Shown one piece after another: positions 34,241 to 41,909 of a stretch of DNA of 64,000 nt (within the stretch, counting starts at the first letter, position 1; each line of letters opens with the position of its first letter). The DNA is from an uncultured bacterium (lineage in GTDB: Bacteria; Omnitrophota; Omnitrophia; Omnitrophales; Aquincolibacteriaceae). Both the position numbers and the translations under genes were made by a program. Location: the NCBI GenBank assembly GCA_964460795.1, contig CAYWRU010000002.1:1173-65172 (forward strand). Direction: 5' to 3'. The notes under the pieces were generated by a model. The model was not told the origin of the DNA, did not search any database, and was given only the letters and a program-made list of their open reading frames with translations.

Positions 34241-35800
34241 TCATCCCTTCAGGAGTTTATATTCAATCGCTTCGACGAGGGCGTGCCAGCTGGCTTCGAT
34301 GATGTTTTCATTGACGCCCACGGTGGTCCAGGTTTTGTCTTTGTCCTGGAATTCGATAAAAACGCGCACCTTGGCGGCCGTGCCTTCTTCCGAATTCACC
34401 ACGCGCACTTTGTAATCCGTCAAATGCGTTTCGTTGATGACTGGATAAACATTCGTCAGTGCTGCACGCAGTGCCTTATCCAAGGCATTCACCGGACCAT
34501 CGCCCTGGGCTTCGGCATAGTGCTCCTGATTTTTAGCCACCAGAGCAACTTCTGCTTTGGAAACCGGAGAATTGTCCCCGATGTTTTCGGTCAAGACCGC
34601 AGCTTTTTTAATCGTGAAATGCGATTTCGCTTTTCCCATCAGCCGCTGAACCAAAAGTTCAAAGCTCGCTTCTGCAGCTTCAAACTGATAGCCCGCATTT
34701 TCGAGCTGCTGAATCTCAGTCAAAATTTTCCGCGTCTCCGGAGATTCTTTATCCAGTTTCAGTTCCAGCTCTTTAGCTTTAATCTGAATATTGGTCTTAC
34801 CGCCGAGTTCCGAAACGAGGTAGCGGCGGTGATTTCCAATCACGCGGGGATCCATATGCTCATACGTCCGGGCACACTTGACCATGGCATTGATATGAAC
34901 GCCGCCTTTATGCGCAAACGCAGAACGGCCGGCAAACGGCTGATTATTCTGAAGCGGCATATTAGCGATTTCCGCCACATAGTGAGAAAGCAGCGTCAGA
35001 TCCTTCACCTTCGCTGATGAAAAACATTTGAATCCCATTTTGTGCTGAAGCACCGGAATGATGCTGATCAAATTTGCATTTCCACAGCGCTCTCCGTATC
35101 CATTGACCGTCCCTTGAACAAGCACACAACCTTCACCCACGGCTTGGACAGAATTCGCGACCGCGTGATCCGAGTCGTTGTGACAATGGATACCGAGCGG
35201 AGTTTTAACTGTGCGGCGGATTCTCAAAATCGCGTGCCTGATTTCATGCGGAAGCGAACCGCCGTTAGTATCGCACAGTGTGATATTGACCGCGCCCGCC
35301 TTGGCCGCCGTCTGAATTGTTTTGAGTGCATACTCGGGATTGGCCTTGAATCCGTCAAAAAAATGCTCGGCATCATAAATAACCTGGCGGCCTTTGGAAC
35401 GCAGGTAACTGATCGTGTCATGGATCATGTTCAGATTTTCTTTGAGAGAGGTTCGAAAAACTTCCGTCACATGAAGATCCCAGGTTTTTCCAAAAATCGT
35501 GATGACTTTGGTTCCGCAATCTAAAAGGGCTTTGACTTGCGGATCCTGATCCACGGCCGTATGTGCGCGGCGCGTCGAACCAAAGGCCACGATCTTCGAG
35601 GTCTTCATCTTAAAGCGTTTGATCTCTTTGAAAAAGGCCATGTCCTTGGGATTCGATCCCGGCCAACCGCCTTCAATGTAATGCATGCCGAATTTGTCCA
35701 GGCGCTGGGCAATCTGAAGCTTGTCTTCCAAAGACAGACTGATCCCCTCGCCTTGAGATCCATCCCGCAATGTTGTGTCGTAAAAAATGATTTGTTTCAT
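34241..35800 (-). CDS. cimA: (R)-citramalate synthase / 2-isopropylmalate synthase family (CimA-type)
   Basis: 519 aa with the YDTTLRDGSQGEGISLS HMGL-like barrel motif and a LeuA-type C-terminal regulatory domain. The length and N-terminus fit the CimA branch. Confidence 0.75.
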   Translation of the reverse strand: MKQIIFYDTTLRDGSQGEGISLSLEDKLQIAQRLDKFGMHYIEGGWPGSNPKDMAFFKEIKRFKMKTSKIVAFGSTRRAHTAVDQDPQVKALLDCGTKVITIFGKTWDLHVTEVFRTSLKENLNMIHDTISYLRSKGRQVIYDAEHFFDGFKANPEYALKTIQTAAKAGAVNITLCDTNGGSLPHEIRHAILRIRRTVKTPLGIHCHNDSDHAVANSVQAVGEGCVLVQGTVNGYGERCGNANLISIIPVLQHKMGFKCFSSAKVKDLTLLSHYVAEIANMPLQNNQPFAGRSAFAHKGGVHINAMVKCARTYEHMDPRVIGNHRRYLVSELGGKTNIQIKAKELELKLDKESPETRKILTEIQQLENAGYQFEAAEASFELLVQRLMGKAKSHFTIKKAAVLTENIGDNSPVSKAEVALVAKNQEHYAEAQGDGPVNALDKALRAALTNVYPVINETHLTDYKVRVVNSEEGTAAKVRVFIEFQDKDKTWTTVGVNENIIEASWHALVEAIEYKLLKG

Positions 35801-35808
35801 GTTTACGA

Positions 35809-35890
35809 GAAACCAGTAACCAGTTGCCAGTAACCAGAGATAAAAAGTTAGACTTTCAATTCTGGTTACCGGTTAATGGTTTCTGGTTAC
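35809..35890. repeat. Stutter-arm inverted repeat (CCAGTAAC word) filling the lysC-cimA spacer
   Basis: The sequence is gaaaccagtaaccagttgccagtaaccagag / 22-nt loop / ctggttaccggttaatggtttctggttac. By my count 22 of 29 arm positions are complementary. The right arm overlaps the lysC stop codon (35887-35889). Confidence 0.65.
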
Positions 35891-37119
35891 TTCTTTCGTT
35901 TTGGTCCTTTATCGAGTCCAAACTCTTTGTGAATAGCGCGGATCGCGTCTTTACCGCGTGCGCCTTCGACCACGCAAGACACTTTAATTTCCGACGTCGA
36001 GATCATATCAATATTAATCTTTTGAGCCGCCAGAGAGCGGAACATGCGTGCCGCGATTCCCGAATGCGCCTTCATGCCCACGCCCACGATACTAACCTTG
36101 GCAATGTGCTCATCGCAGCTCACATCTTTGGCGTCCAAATCTTCCGCTGCTTTTTTGACAATTTCCATGGCCCGCCGAAGTTCATTTTTATAAACAGTGA
36201 AAGAAATATCGGTCGAGTGCGTCTGCGTTTTGTTTTGAATAATCATATCCACATTCACATTGCCGTCCGCAAGACGCGCAAAAAGCTGGGCGGCGATGCC
36301 GGGCCGGTCCGGGACTTGAAACAAGGTAACCTTCGCCTCGTCTTCCGTGAGCGCCACGCCGCTGACCACAATGTCTTCCATTGATTTTGATTCTTTGGTA
36401 ATCAAAGTACCCTCCCCTTCATGCTGAGAATGACGAACCACAATCGGAATATTAAATTTTTTCCCGACTTCAATCGAACGCGAATGCATGACCTTAGCGC
36501 CCTGGGCCGCCAGTTCTAAAATTTCATCGTAACTAATGACATCAATCTTTGCCGCATCCGGCACTAAGCGAGGATCCGCGGTATAAACGCCGTCTACATC
36601 GGTATAAATTTCGCAGGTCTTTGCACCCAGCGCTTTAGCAAGCGCCACGGCCGTCAAATCCGATCCGCCGCGTCCGAGAGTGGTAATTTCTTCATTCTCG
36701 GTCTTTCCCTGAAAACCGGCCACAATCACCACAAAACCGTCTTTCAAGGCCTTGCGAATACGCACCGTGTTGATATCAACGATGCGCGCTTTCGTATGAT
36801 ATTGGTCTGTCAAAATTCCCACTTGCGGACCGGTAAAAGAAATCGCCTTTTCGCCGCGTTCTTGAATGGCCATGGCCAAGAGCGACACCGAGACCTGTTC
36901 GCCAGTGGAAAGCAGCATATCCATTTCCCGGTCACAGGGATCTTTTGTAATTTGTTCCGCAAGCGAAATCAAATCGTCCGTCATATCGCCCATGGCCGAG
37001 ACCACAATGACGAGCTGATGACCTTTTTTCTTCGCTTTAATGACCCGGGCCGCAACCTGTTTTATTTTTTCAGGATTTCCAACCGACGTTCCGCCAAATT
37101 TTTGAACTAAAAGAGCCAT
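35887..37119 (-). CDS. lysC: Aspartate kinase
   Basis: 410 aa with LVQKFGGTSVG and C-terminal tandem ACT-like regions. Confidence 0.9.
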   Translation of the reverse strand: MALLVQKFGGTSVGNPEKIKQVAARVIKAKKKGHQLVIVVSAMGDMTDDLISLAEQITKDPCDREMDMLLSTGEQVSVSLLAMAIQERGEKAISFTGPQVGILTDQYHTKARIVDINTVRIRKALKDGFVVIVAGFQGKTENEEITTLGRGGSDLTAVALAKALGAKTCEIYTDVDGVYTADPRLVPDAAKIDVISYDEILELAAQGAKVMHSRSIEVGKKFNIPIVVRHSQHEGEGTLITKESKSMEDIVVSGVALTEDEAKVTLFQVPDRPGIAAQLFARLADGNVNVDMIIQNKTQTHSTDISFTVYKNELRRAMEIVKKAAEDLDAKDVSCDEHIAKVSIVGVGMKAHSGIAARMFRSLAAQKINIDMISTSEIKVSCVVEGARGKDAIRAIHKEFGLDKGPKRKK

Positions 37120-37140
37120 GGGTCCTCAAAATGCTCTAAG

Positions 37141-37212
37141 CTTTCAGATAGCAGATCACAGATATCAGACGAATGTTTTTTATCTGCTATCTGCAATCTG
37201 GCATCTGATATC
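37141..37212. repeat. Stutter-arm inverted repeat (CAGATAGC word) filling the apgM-like/lysC spacer
   Basis: The sequence is tcagatagcagatcacagatatcaga / gaatgtttttta / tctgctatctgcaatctggcatctga, with 21 of 26 positions complementary. Confidence 0.65.
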
Positions 37213-37215
37213 TTT

Positions 37216-38409
37216 TTATTTGGATAGAAATAACTTCATCAACTCACGTCCGTTCGACACCTTAAGCCCCGATACTTTAGCCGTGAGTTCTGTAAATTTT
37301 TCCACGTCATCCGGCATAATATTTTTTCCGGCAATCGTAAACGGAACCGAATCCCGCGTCCGTTTTCCGGTCTTCCACAAGGAAGGCTGGCCGGAGGCCA
37401 CTAAAATCCGCACATCTTTCTTTTTATCCAACAGATCGCGCGCTTTAGAAATCACCCGGTGATCCGCGGCTTCAAGCGCAGAAATTTTATCCCGCAAACT
37501 TCCCATACGTGAAGCTTCGTCTGCGCCGGTGAGAAATACCGTCACCAAATCTTTTTCTTCAAGCGCCGTAGAAAGCGTACGCGCCACAGCGTCCAAATCT
37601 TCCCCTTCTTCCTGGGATGCCCCGATTTCATGCACCGTCAAAGCAGCCAGTCTTCCAAGACCCTTCGCATATTCTGCGGCCCCAATCAGAGCACCCTGTA
37701 AATCATAAAGTTCTGTAAATTTCTGCAGCTGCGGCTGCGGACCCTGACCCCAAAGCCAAATCATATTTGCCGGATTTTCGCCGAGATCCACACGCACTTG
37801 ATTAATTTCGTGATCCTGAAGCAGCAATTTTGCATCAAACATGAGTTTTCGGAGCAGTTCTTCTCCCGGGCCTTTGGGGAAATTATCCTGCAATGTTTCC
37901 CCTACAATTTGTTCAGGTGAAATCGTTTTGGCGGAAAGCGCCGGAAACCCATGCGCATCCTTCAAAACAGCAACGTGACGATATTCGGCTCCGGCAAAAA
38001 AACGCACGAAATCGCTGGCCACTTTTTTATTTAAAAAATTAATCAGCGCCTTGGCTTCTTTGGTCATGAGACCGCCAGCCGTATCATCCGCAAGCCGCCC
38101 TTCAGCTTCGGTAATAAAATTCATACGAAAGGCAACTTCATGCTGATCCATTTTAATTTCAAGATTTGCAGCTTCAAGCGGTCCGCGACCCGTATAAACT
38201 TTGTCCGCATCATACCCCAGCAAATTCATGAGGGTCACATCGGGTGCCGGTTCCAAACGATCCGACGTCAGTTTCACCATCCCAACTTTGCCGAGTTTAG
38301 CAAGCGCATGAAGATTCGTAAGTTTTGCTACTTCAAGCGGCGTCTTTTGTCCCAATTCCTCACACGGCTGGTCCGCGGCGCCTGGAAGTGCAATCACGAT
38401 ATATTTCAC
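37216..38409 (-). CDS. Cofactor-independent phosphoglycerate mutase (archaeal ApgM)-like protein. Its thr-cluster context suggests the proposed alternative homoserine kinase.
   Basis: 397 aa, alkaline-phosphatase superfamily-like. It has a 4-nt overlap with thrC and sits between thrC and lysC. Confidence 0.6.
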   Translation of the reverse strand: MKYIVIALPGAADQPCEELGQKTPLEVAKLTNLHALAKLGKVGMVKLTSDRLEPAPDVTLMNLLGYDADKVYTGRGPLEAANLEIKMDQHEVAFRMNFITEAEGRLADDTAGGLMTKEAKALINFLNKKVASDFVRFFAGAEYRHVAVLKDAHGFPALSAKTISPEQIVGETLQDNFPKGPGEELLRKLMFDAKLLLQDHEINQVRVDLGENPANMIWLWGQGPQPQLQKFTELYDLQGALIGAAEYAKGLGRLAALTVHEIGASQEEGEDLDAVARTLSTALEEKDLVTVFLTGADEASRMGSLRDKISALEAADHRVISKARDLLDKKKDVRILVASGQPSLWKTGKRTRDSVPFTIAGKNIMPDDVEKFTELTAKVSGLKVSNGRELMKLFLSK

Positions 38410-39482
38410 AACTTCACCGCCTTCTGCACCGCATCCACGGTAGGTTCAACAGCCTCGATTTTATCGTCAAAACTGAGTGCAAAATCCGGATCTTTCAAAC
38501 CCGACCCCGTGAGCGTAATCACAATGCGCGTTCCGGACTGAAAATAATTTCTCCGCGCCAATTTTACAACGCCAGCCACGGCCGCCGCAGAAGCGGGTTC
38601 GGCAAAAACGCCTTCGCGCTCCGCAATAAATTTGTAGGCCCAAGTAATTTCTTCATCGGTCACAGCCTCAATCAATCCCTTGGATTCGTCTCGCGCGGCC
38701 AAAGCCCCCGTCCAACTCGCAGGATTTCCGATTCGGATCGCAGTCGCAATGGTCTCGGGTTTCAAAATGGCCTTGCCTTCCACAATGGGCGCCGAGCCTG
38801 CAGCCTGAAATCCCAGCATTTTTGGAAGCATCTCAGATTTTCCGATTTTTTGATATTCTTTATACCCTTTCCAGTAAGCCGTAATGTTGCCGGCATTTCC
38901 TACCGGGATAGCGTGATACTCCGGCGCATCCCCGAGATCATCCACGATTTCAAACGCTCCGGTTTTTTGTCCTTCAATTCGAAAGGGGTTGATGGAGTTC
39001 ACCAACGTGATCCGTCCGTCTTTGGTGATTTCCTTCACCATATCCAGCGCCTGGTCAAAATTTCCTTTGATCATAATGACCCGCGCACCGTAGCGGTAAG
39101 CCTGGATCAATTTTCCTTTGGCAATCTTTCCTTCAGGAATCAAAACAAAACATTTCAGCCCGCAGCGCGACGCATAGGCCGCTGCCGATGCCGAGGTGTT
39201 GCCCGTGGACGCGCACATCACAGCTTCGGTCTTGGATTCCATGGCCTTGGAAATCGCCATGGTCATGCCGCGGTCCTTAAATGATCCCGTAGGATTCAGT
39301 CCCTCAAACTTATAATAAATCCGGATATCTTTCAGGCCCAGATAGACAGGAAGCGCTTCGGCCAAAATGAGCGGCGTATTTCCCTCATTTAAAGAAATAA
39401 TGGGCGTTGCGTCTGTGACCGGGAGATATTCCTGGTAACGCTCAATGATTCCGATTTTTTTAACTGCGTATTTTTTAACCAT
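38406..39482 (-). CDS. thrC: Threonine synthase
   Basis: 358 aa with the PLP-lysine motif FEGLNPTGSFKDRGMT. Confidence 0.9.
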   Translation of the reverse strand: MVKKYAVKKIGIIERYQEYLPVTDATPIISLNEGNTPLILAEALPVYLGLKDIRIYYKFEGLNPTGSFKDRGMTMAISKAMESKTEAVMCASTGNTSASAAAYASRCGLKCFVLIPEGKIAKGKLIQAYRYGARVIMIKGNFDQALDMVKEITKDGRITLVNSINPFRIEGQKTGAFEIVDDLGDAPEYHAIPVGNAGNITAYWKGYKEYQKIGKSEMLPKMLGFQAAGSAPIVEGKAILKPETIATAIRIGNPASWTGALAARDESKGLIEAVTDEEITWAYKFIAEREGVFAEPASAAAVAGVVKLARRNYFQSGTRIVITLTGSGLKDPDFALSFDDKIEAVEPTVDAVQKAVKL

Positions 39483-39489
39483 ATTGAAT

Positions 39490-39565
39490 CAGTCTTGAGT
39501 GGTGAGTCTTGAGTATTGAGTTAAGCCATTCTCCAACCCACTACTCACAACCCCGCACTCACAAC
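39490..39565. repeat. Stutter-arm inverted-repeat-like element (TTGAGTG word) filling the hom-thrC spacer
   Basis: The sequence is cagtcttgagtggtgagtcttgagtattgag / loop / ccaacccactactcacaaccccgcactcacaac. One arm is G/T-rich and the other C/A-rich, and complementarity needs bulges. Confidence 0.45.
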
Positions 39566-39568
39566 TAG

Positions 39569-40864
39569 TTAATTTCCTTCAATCCTCAAAACCTGCGATT
39601 TACCTTTGATGCTCGGCATACGATCAATCTGACGCAGTGCGCGCCGCACATCGCCTTCCAACGTATCATGCGTAATCAAAATAAGCGGCACGACTCCGCC
39701 GGTGCTTCGCTCGCGCTGAATCACATCCGAGATACTAATCCTGCACCTGCCCAAGATTTGAGAAATCTTAGCCAATACCCCAGGACGGTCCACCACCTGA
39801 AAGCGCAAATAATACCGCGACAAGATCGAAGAGATGCTTTTCACTCGAAGCGGCCGGCAAATCGCCCGCATCGGAACTTTTCCAAGTTCATGAGCTCCCC
39901 CTTGACGCATCGCTAAATCAATCAAGTCCGCAAGCACAGCGCTTGCGGTCGGATGCGGGCCCGCGCCTTTTCCATAAAAAAGAACATTGCCCGTTTCATC
40001 GCCGTGAAGCATGACCGCATTAAATGACCCCTGGACCCCGGCCAGCATATGAGTCTGCGGAACCAGCGTCGGCTGAACGCGCGCTTCAATGCCGTCTTTT
40101 AATTTTTTGGCAATCGCAAGAAGTTTGATCCGGTATCCAAATTCCTTCGCAAAAGAAATGTCTTCGCTGCGGATCTGAGAGATCCCTTCGCAGGAAATAT
40201 CAGAAAATTTTACTTTTCCGCCAAAGGCAAAACGGACCAAGATCGCAAGCTTGTGTGCCGCATCAATTCCCTCCACATCCAAGGTCGGATCAGCTTCCGC
40301 GTAACCCAGCTTCTGCGCCTCAGCCAGAGCTTCTTTAAAATCCGTGCCCTTTTCCGTCATCTGGGTCAAAATAAAATTGCTCGTTCCGTTAATGATGGCA
40401 TGAATGGAATCAATATGATTGGCCACAAGCCCTTCGCGCAGTCCCTTGATCACGGGAATGCCGCCGCCTACGCTCGCCTCAAAACAGATCCATCGTTTTT
40501 TCTGATTCGCCAGAGCAAAAAGCTCATCGCCATATTCCGCAAGCAAGGCCTTATTTGCGGTCACAACATGTTTGCCGTTTTTTAGGGCTTCATGGATGAG
40601 TTTATAGGCAATCTGTGTTCCGCCGATCAATTCCACAACAACATCTACCGATGGGTCCCGAACGACTTCAAAGGCATCCGAGGTAAAAATCTTTTGCGGA
40701 ATTTTGAGCGCACGCTGACGTTCCGTGTGACGTTCGGCCACACGGACAAGGTCGAGCCGCACTCCGATTTCATTTTCAAAGAACTCTCTTTTGTCCCGGA
40801 TGACTTCATACAGTCCGGTCCCAATATTTCCAAGGCCCAACAAACCAATTCGTATTGTTCTCAT
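39569..40864 (-). CDS. hom: Homoserine dehydrogenase
   Basis: 431 aa with a Rossmann fold (IGLLGLGNIGTG), a catalytic domain and a C-terminal ACT domain. Confidence 0.9.
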   Translation of the reverse strand: MRTIRIGLLGLGNIGTGLYEVIRDKREFFENEIGVRLDLVRVAERHTERQRALKIPQKIFTSDAFEVVRDPSVDVVVELIGGTQIAYKLIHEALKNGKHVVTANKALLAEYGDELFALANQKKRWICFEASVGGGIPVIKGLREGLVANHIDSIHAIINGTSNFILTQMTEKGTDFKEALAEAQKLGYAEADPTLDVEGIDAAHKLAILVRFAFGGKVKFSDISCEGISQIRSEDISFAKEFGYRIKLLAIAKKLKDGIEARVQPTLVPQTHMLAGVQGSFNAVMLHGDETGNVLFYGKGAGPHPTASAVLADLIDLAMRQGGAHELGKVPMRAICRPLRVKSISSILSRYYLRFQVVDRPGVLAKISQILGRCRISISDVIQRERSTGGVVPLILITHDTLEGDVRRALRQIDRMPSIKGKSQVLRIEGN

Positions 40865-40892
40865 AGGATAGCTCTAGTATTTGGGAATGTTT

Positions 40893-40918
40893 TCAATTGA
40901 GGCGTCTTTCTCAATTGA
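40893..40918. promoter_or_regulatory. Perfect 9-bp inverted repeat upstream of hom (operator-like or leader hairpin)
   Basis: TCAATTGAG (40893-40901), an 8-nt spacer, then CTCAATTGA (40910-40918). It lies 29-54 nt upstream of the hom ATG (40864). Confidence 0.3.
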
Positions 40919-41049
40919 TTTCCATATCATTTATTGCCGTAACCGAAGAGATTTCATGAGGTTCGATCTTTTGTCTCCGATTGGCGAAAAATCGGGGTTA
41001 GTATAGCCCAGCCCCCCCTAAAAAGCAAACCACCCACCCTCTTAAAACC

Positions 41050-41161
41050 CTGTACATGGTACACAGTACATAGACCCTAGTATTCAGGGTGATTCTCCTG
41101 CCTTATATTCATAAGATTTCCCGCACACTATGTACTGTATACTTGGGACTCTGTACTATAG
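41050..41161. repeat. Stutter-arm inverted repeat (GTACATAG word) in the hom / secreted-protein divergent spacer
   Basis: The arms are ctgtacatggtacacagtacatag ... ctatgtactgtatacttgggactctgtactatag. A perfect 11-bp core acagtacatag (41063-41073) pairs with ctatgtactgt (41128-41138). Confidence 0.5.
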
Positions 41162-41229
41162 AATTTAAATGGCTTATACTAGCGCGCATACGATCTTATC
41201 ATTTGGATTCGAATTACCAACGAAAGGTC

Positions 41230-41667
41230 ATGGTTATGAAAAAAAACCTGCTCTTAGTCCTCTTGATTTTAGCTTCCCTCTCCTCCATGGGTATGGCCAA
41301 AAAAGCCCAGTATGATGAAGAAGCTCGGGCTATGGAAAAAGCGACGGAGTCTTATCAATCTCCTTCCTACAATGCCCCGTCTCCGGGCCAAGCGGCCAAA
41401 AATTTTGTCGGCGGCATCAAGCAAGCCACGGTGGACAGCACGCGAAGTCTTTTAGGTGAAACTGCGGCAGGCACCAAAGAATCTCCGGTGGTGGGAACTA
41501 TTGAAGGCGCGCGCGATGGAAGCCAGTCCGCTCTGGATAACGCAGTCAAAGGAACGGTCAAAGTCGCAACGCTGGGCTACGGAAGCGTGGATCAATATGA
41601 AGTCGAAGAGCCTAAATCCGAATCCAATGACACGGCCAAGATCCGCATAAAAATTCCCGGCACATAA
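41230..41667 (+). CDS. Small secreted protein, unknown function
   Basis: The signal peptide is MVMKKNLLLVLLILASLSSMGMA, with GAAAGG 3-7 nt upstream. I chose this start instead of the track's 41089, which runs through a repeat element. An intrinsic terminator follows. Confidence 0.55.
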   Translation: MVMKKNLLLVLLILASLSSMGMAKKAQYDEEARAMEKATESYQSPSYNAPSPGQAAKNFVGGIKQATVDSTRSLLGETAAGTKESPVVGTIEGARDGSQSALDNAVKGTVKVATLGYGSVDQYEVEEPKSESNDTAKIRIKIPGT

Positions 41668-41690
41668 GTTCAAATCGATTTATCAGCAAG

Positions 41691-41728
41691 AACCCCGAGA
41701 CTTTTTCAAGTTTCGGGGTTTTTTATTT
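41691..41728 (+). terminator. Intrinsic terminator of the small secreted-protein gene
   Basis: aaccccgaga / ctttttcaag / tttcggggtt forms a 10-bp stem (one G-U pair), followed by ttttattt. Confidence 0.7.
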
Positions 41729-41761
41729 GAGATTTGAAAACGAATTAACAGCAAGAGTACA

Positions 41762-41889
41762 CCCCGCGGCTTGCCGCGGGGATACCTTGCAGTCCCTGAA
41801 TCCCGCCAATCACCGCCTCTGGCGGGATCCCGTCCAACGGCGGGGAAAGCGACGGGATCAAATTCGCACGGCAAGTTGCGTTCCGCAAC
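41762..41889. other. Cluster of four GC-rich stem-loops between convergent genes (REP/BIME-like array or small structured RNA)
   Basis: The four stems are:
- CCCCGCGG-cttg-CCGCGGGG (41762-41781)
- TCCCGCC-13 nt-GGCGGGA (41801-41827)
- GATCCCGTC-16 nt-GACGGGATC (41826-41859)
- GTTGCG-ttc-CGCAAC (41875-41889). Confidence 0.45.
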
Positions 41890-41909
41890 GTTGTGTGCTC
41901 ATTTGACTT

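Noticed and set aside
31938-39284. Long antisense ORFs opposite conserved genes: 31938-32699 and 32853-33470 (valS), 34283-35017 and 35042-35524 (cimA), 35824-36384 (lysC), 38325-39284 (thrC).
   Set aside because: The opposite strand encodes unmistakable housekeeping proteins. The antisense translations have no motifs and a skewed composition.
41683-41874. A 63-aa minus-strand ORF (…YPRGKPRGVLLL…).
   Set aside because: It is a translation of the GC-rich stem-loop cluster. There is no RBS or start context, and the peptide pattern is typical of REP-like repeats.
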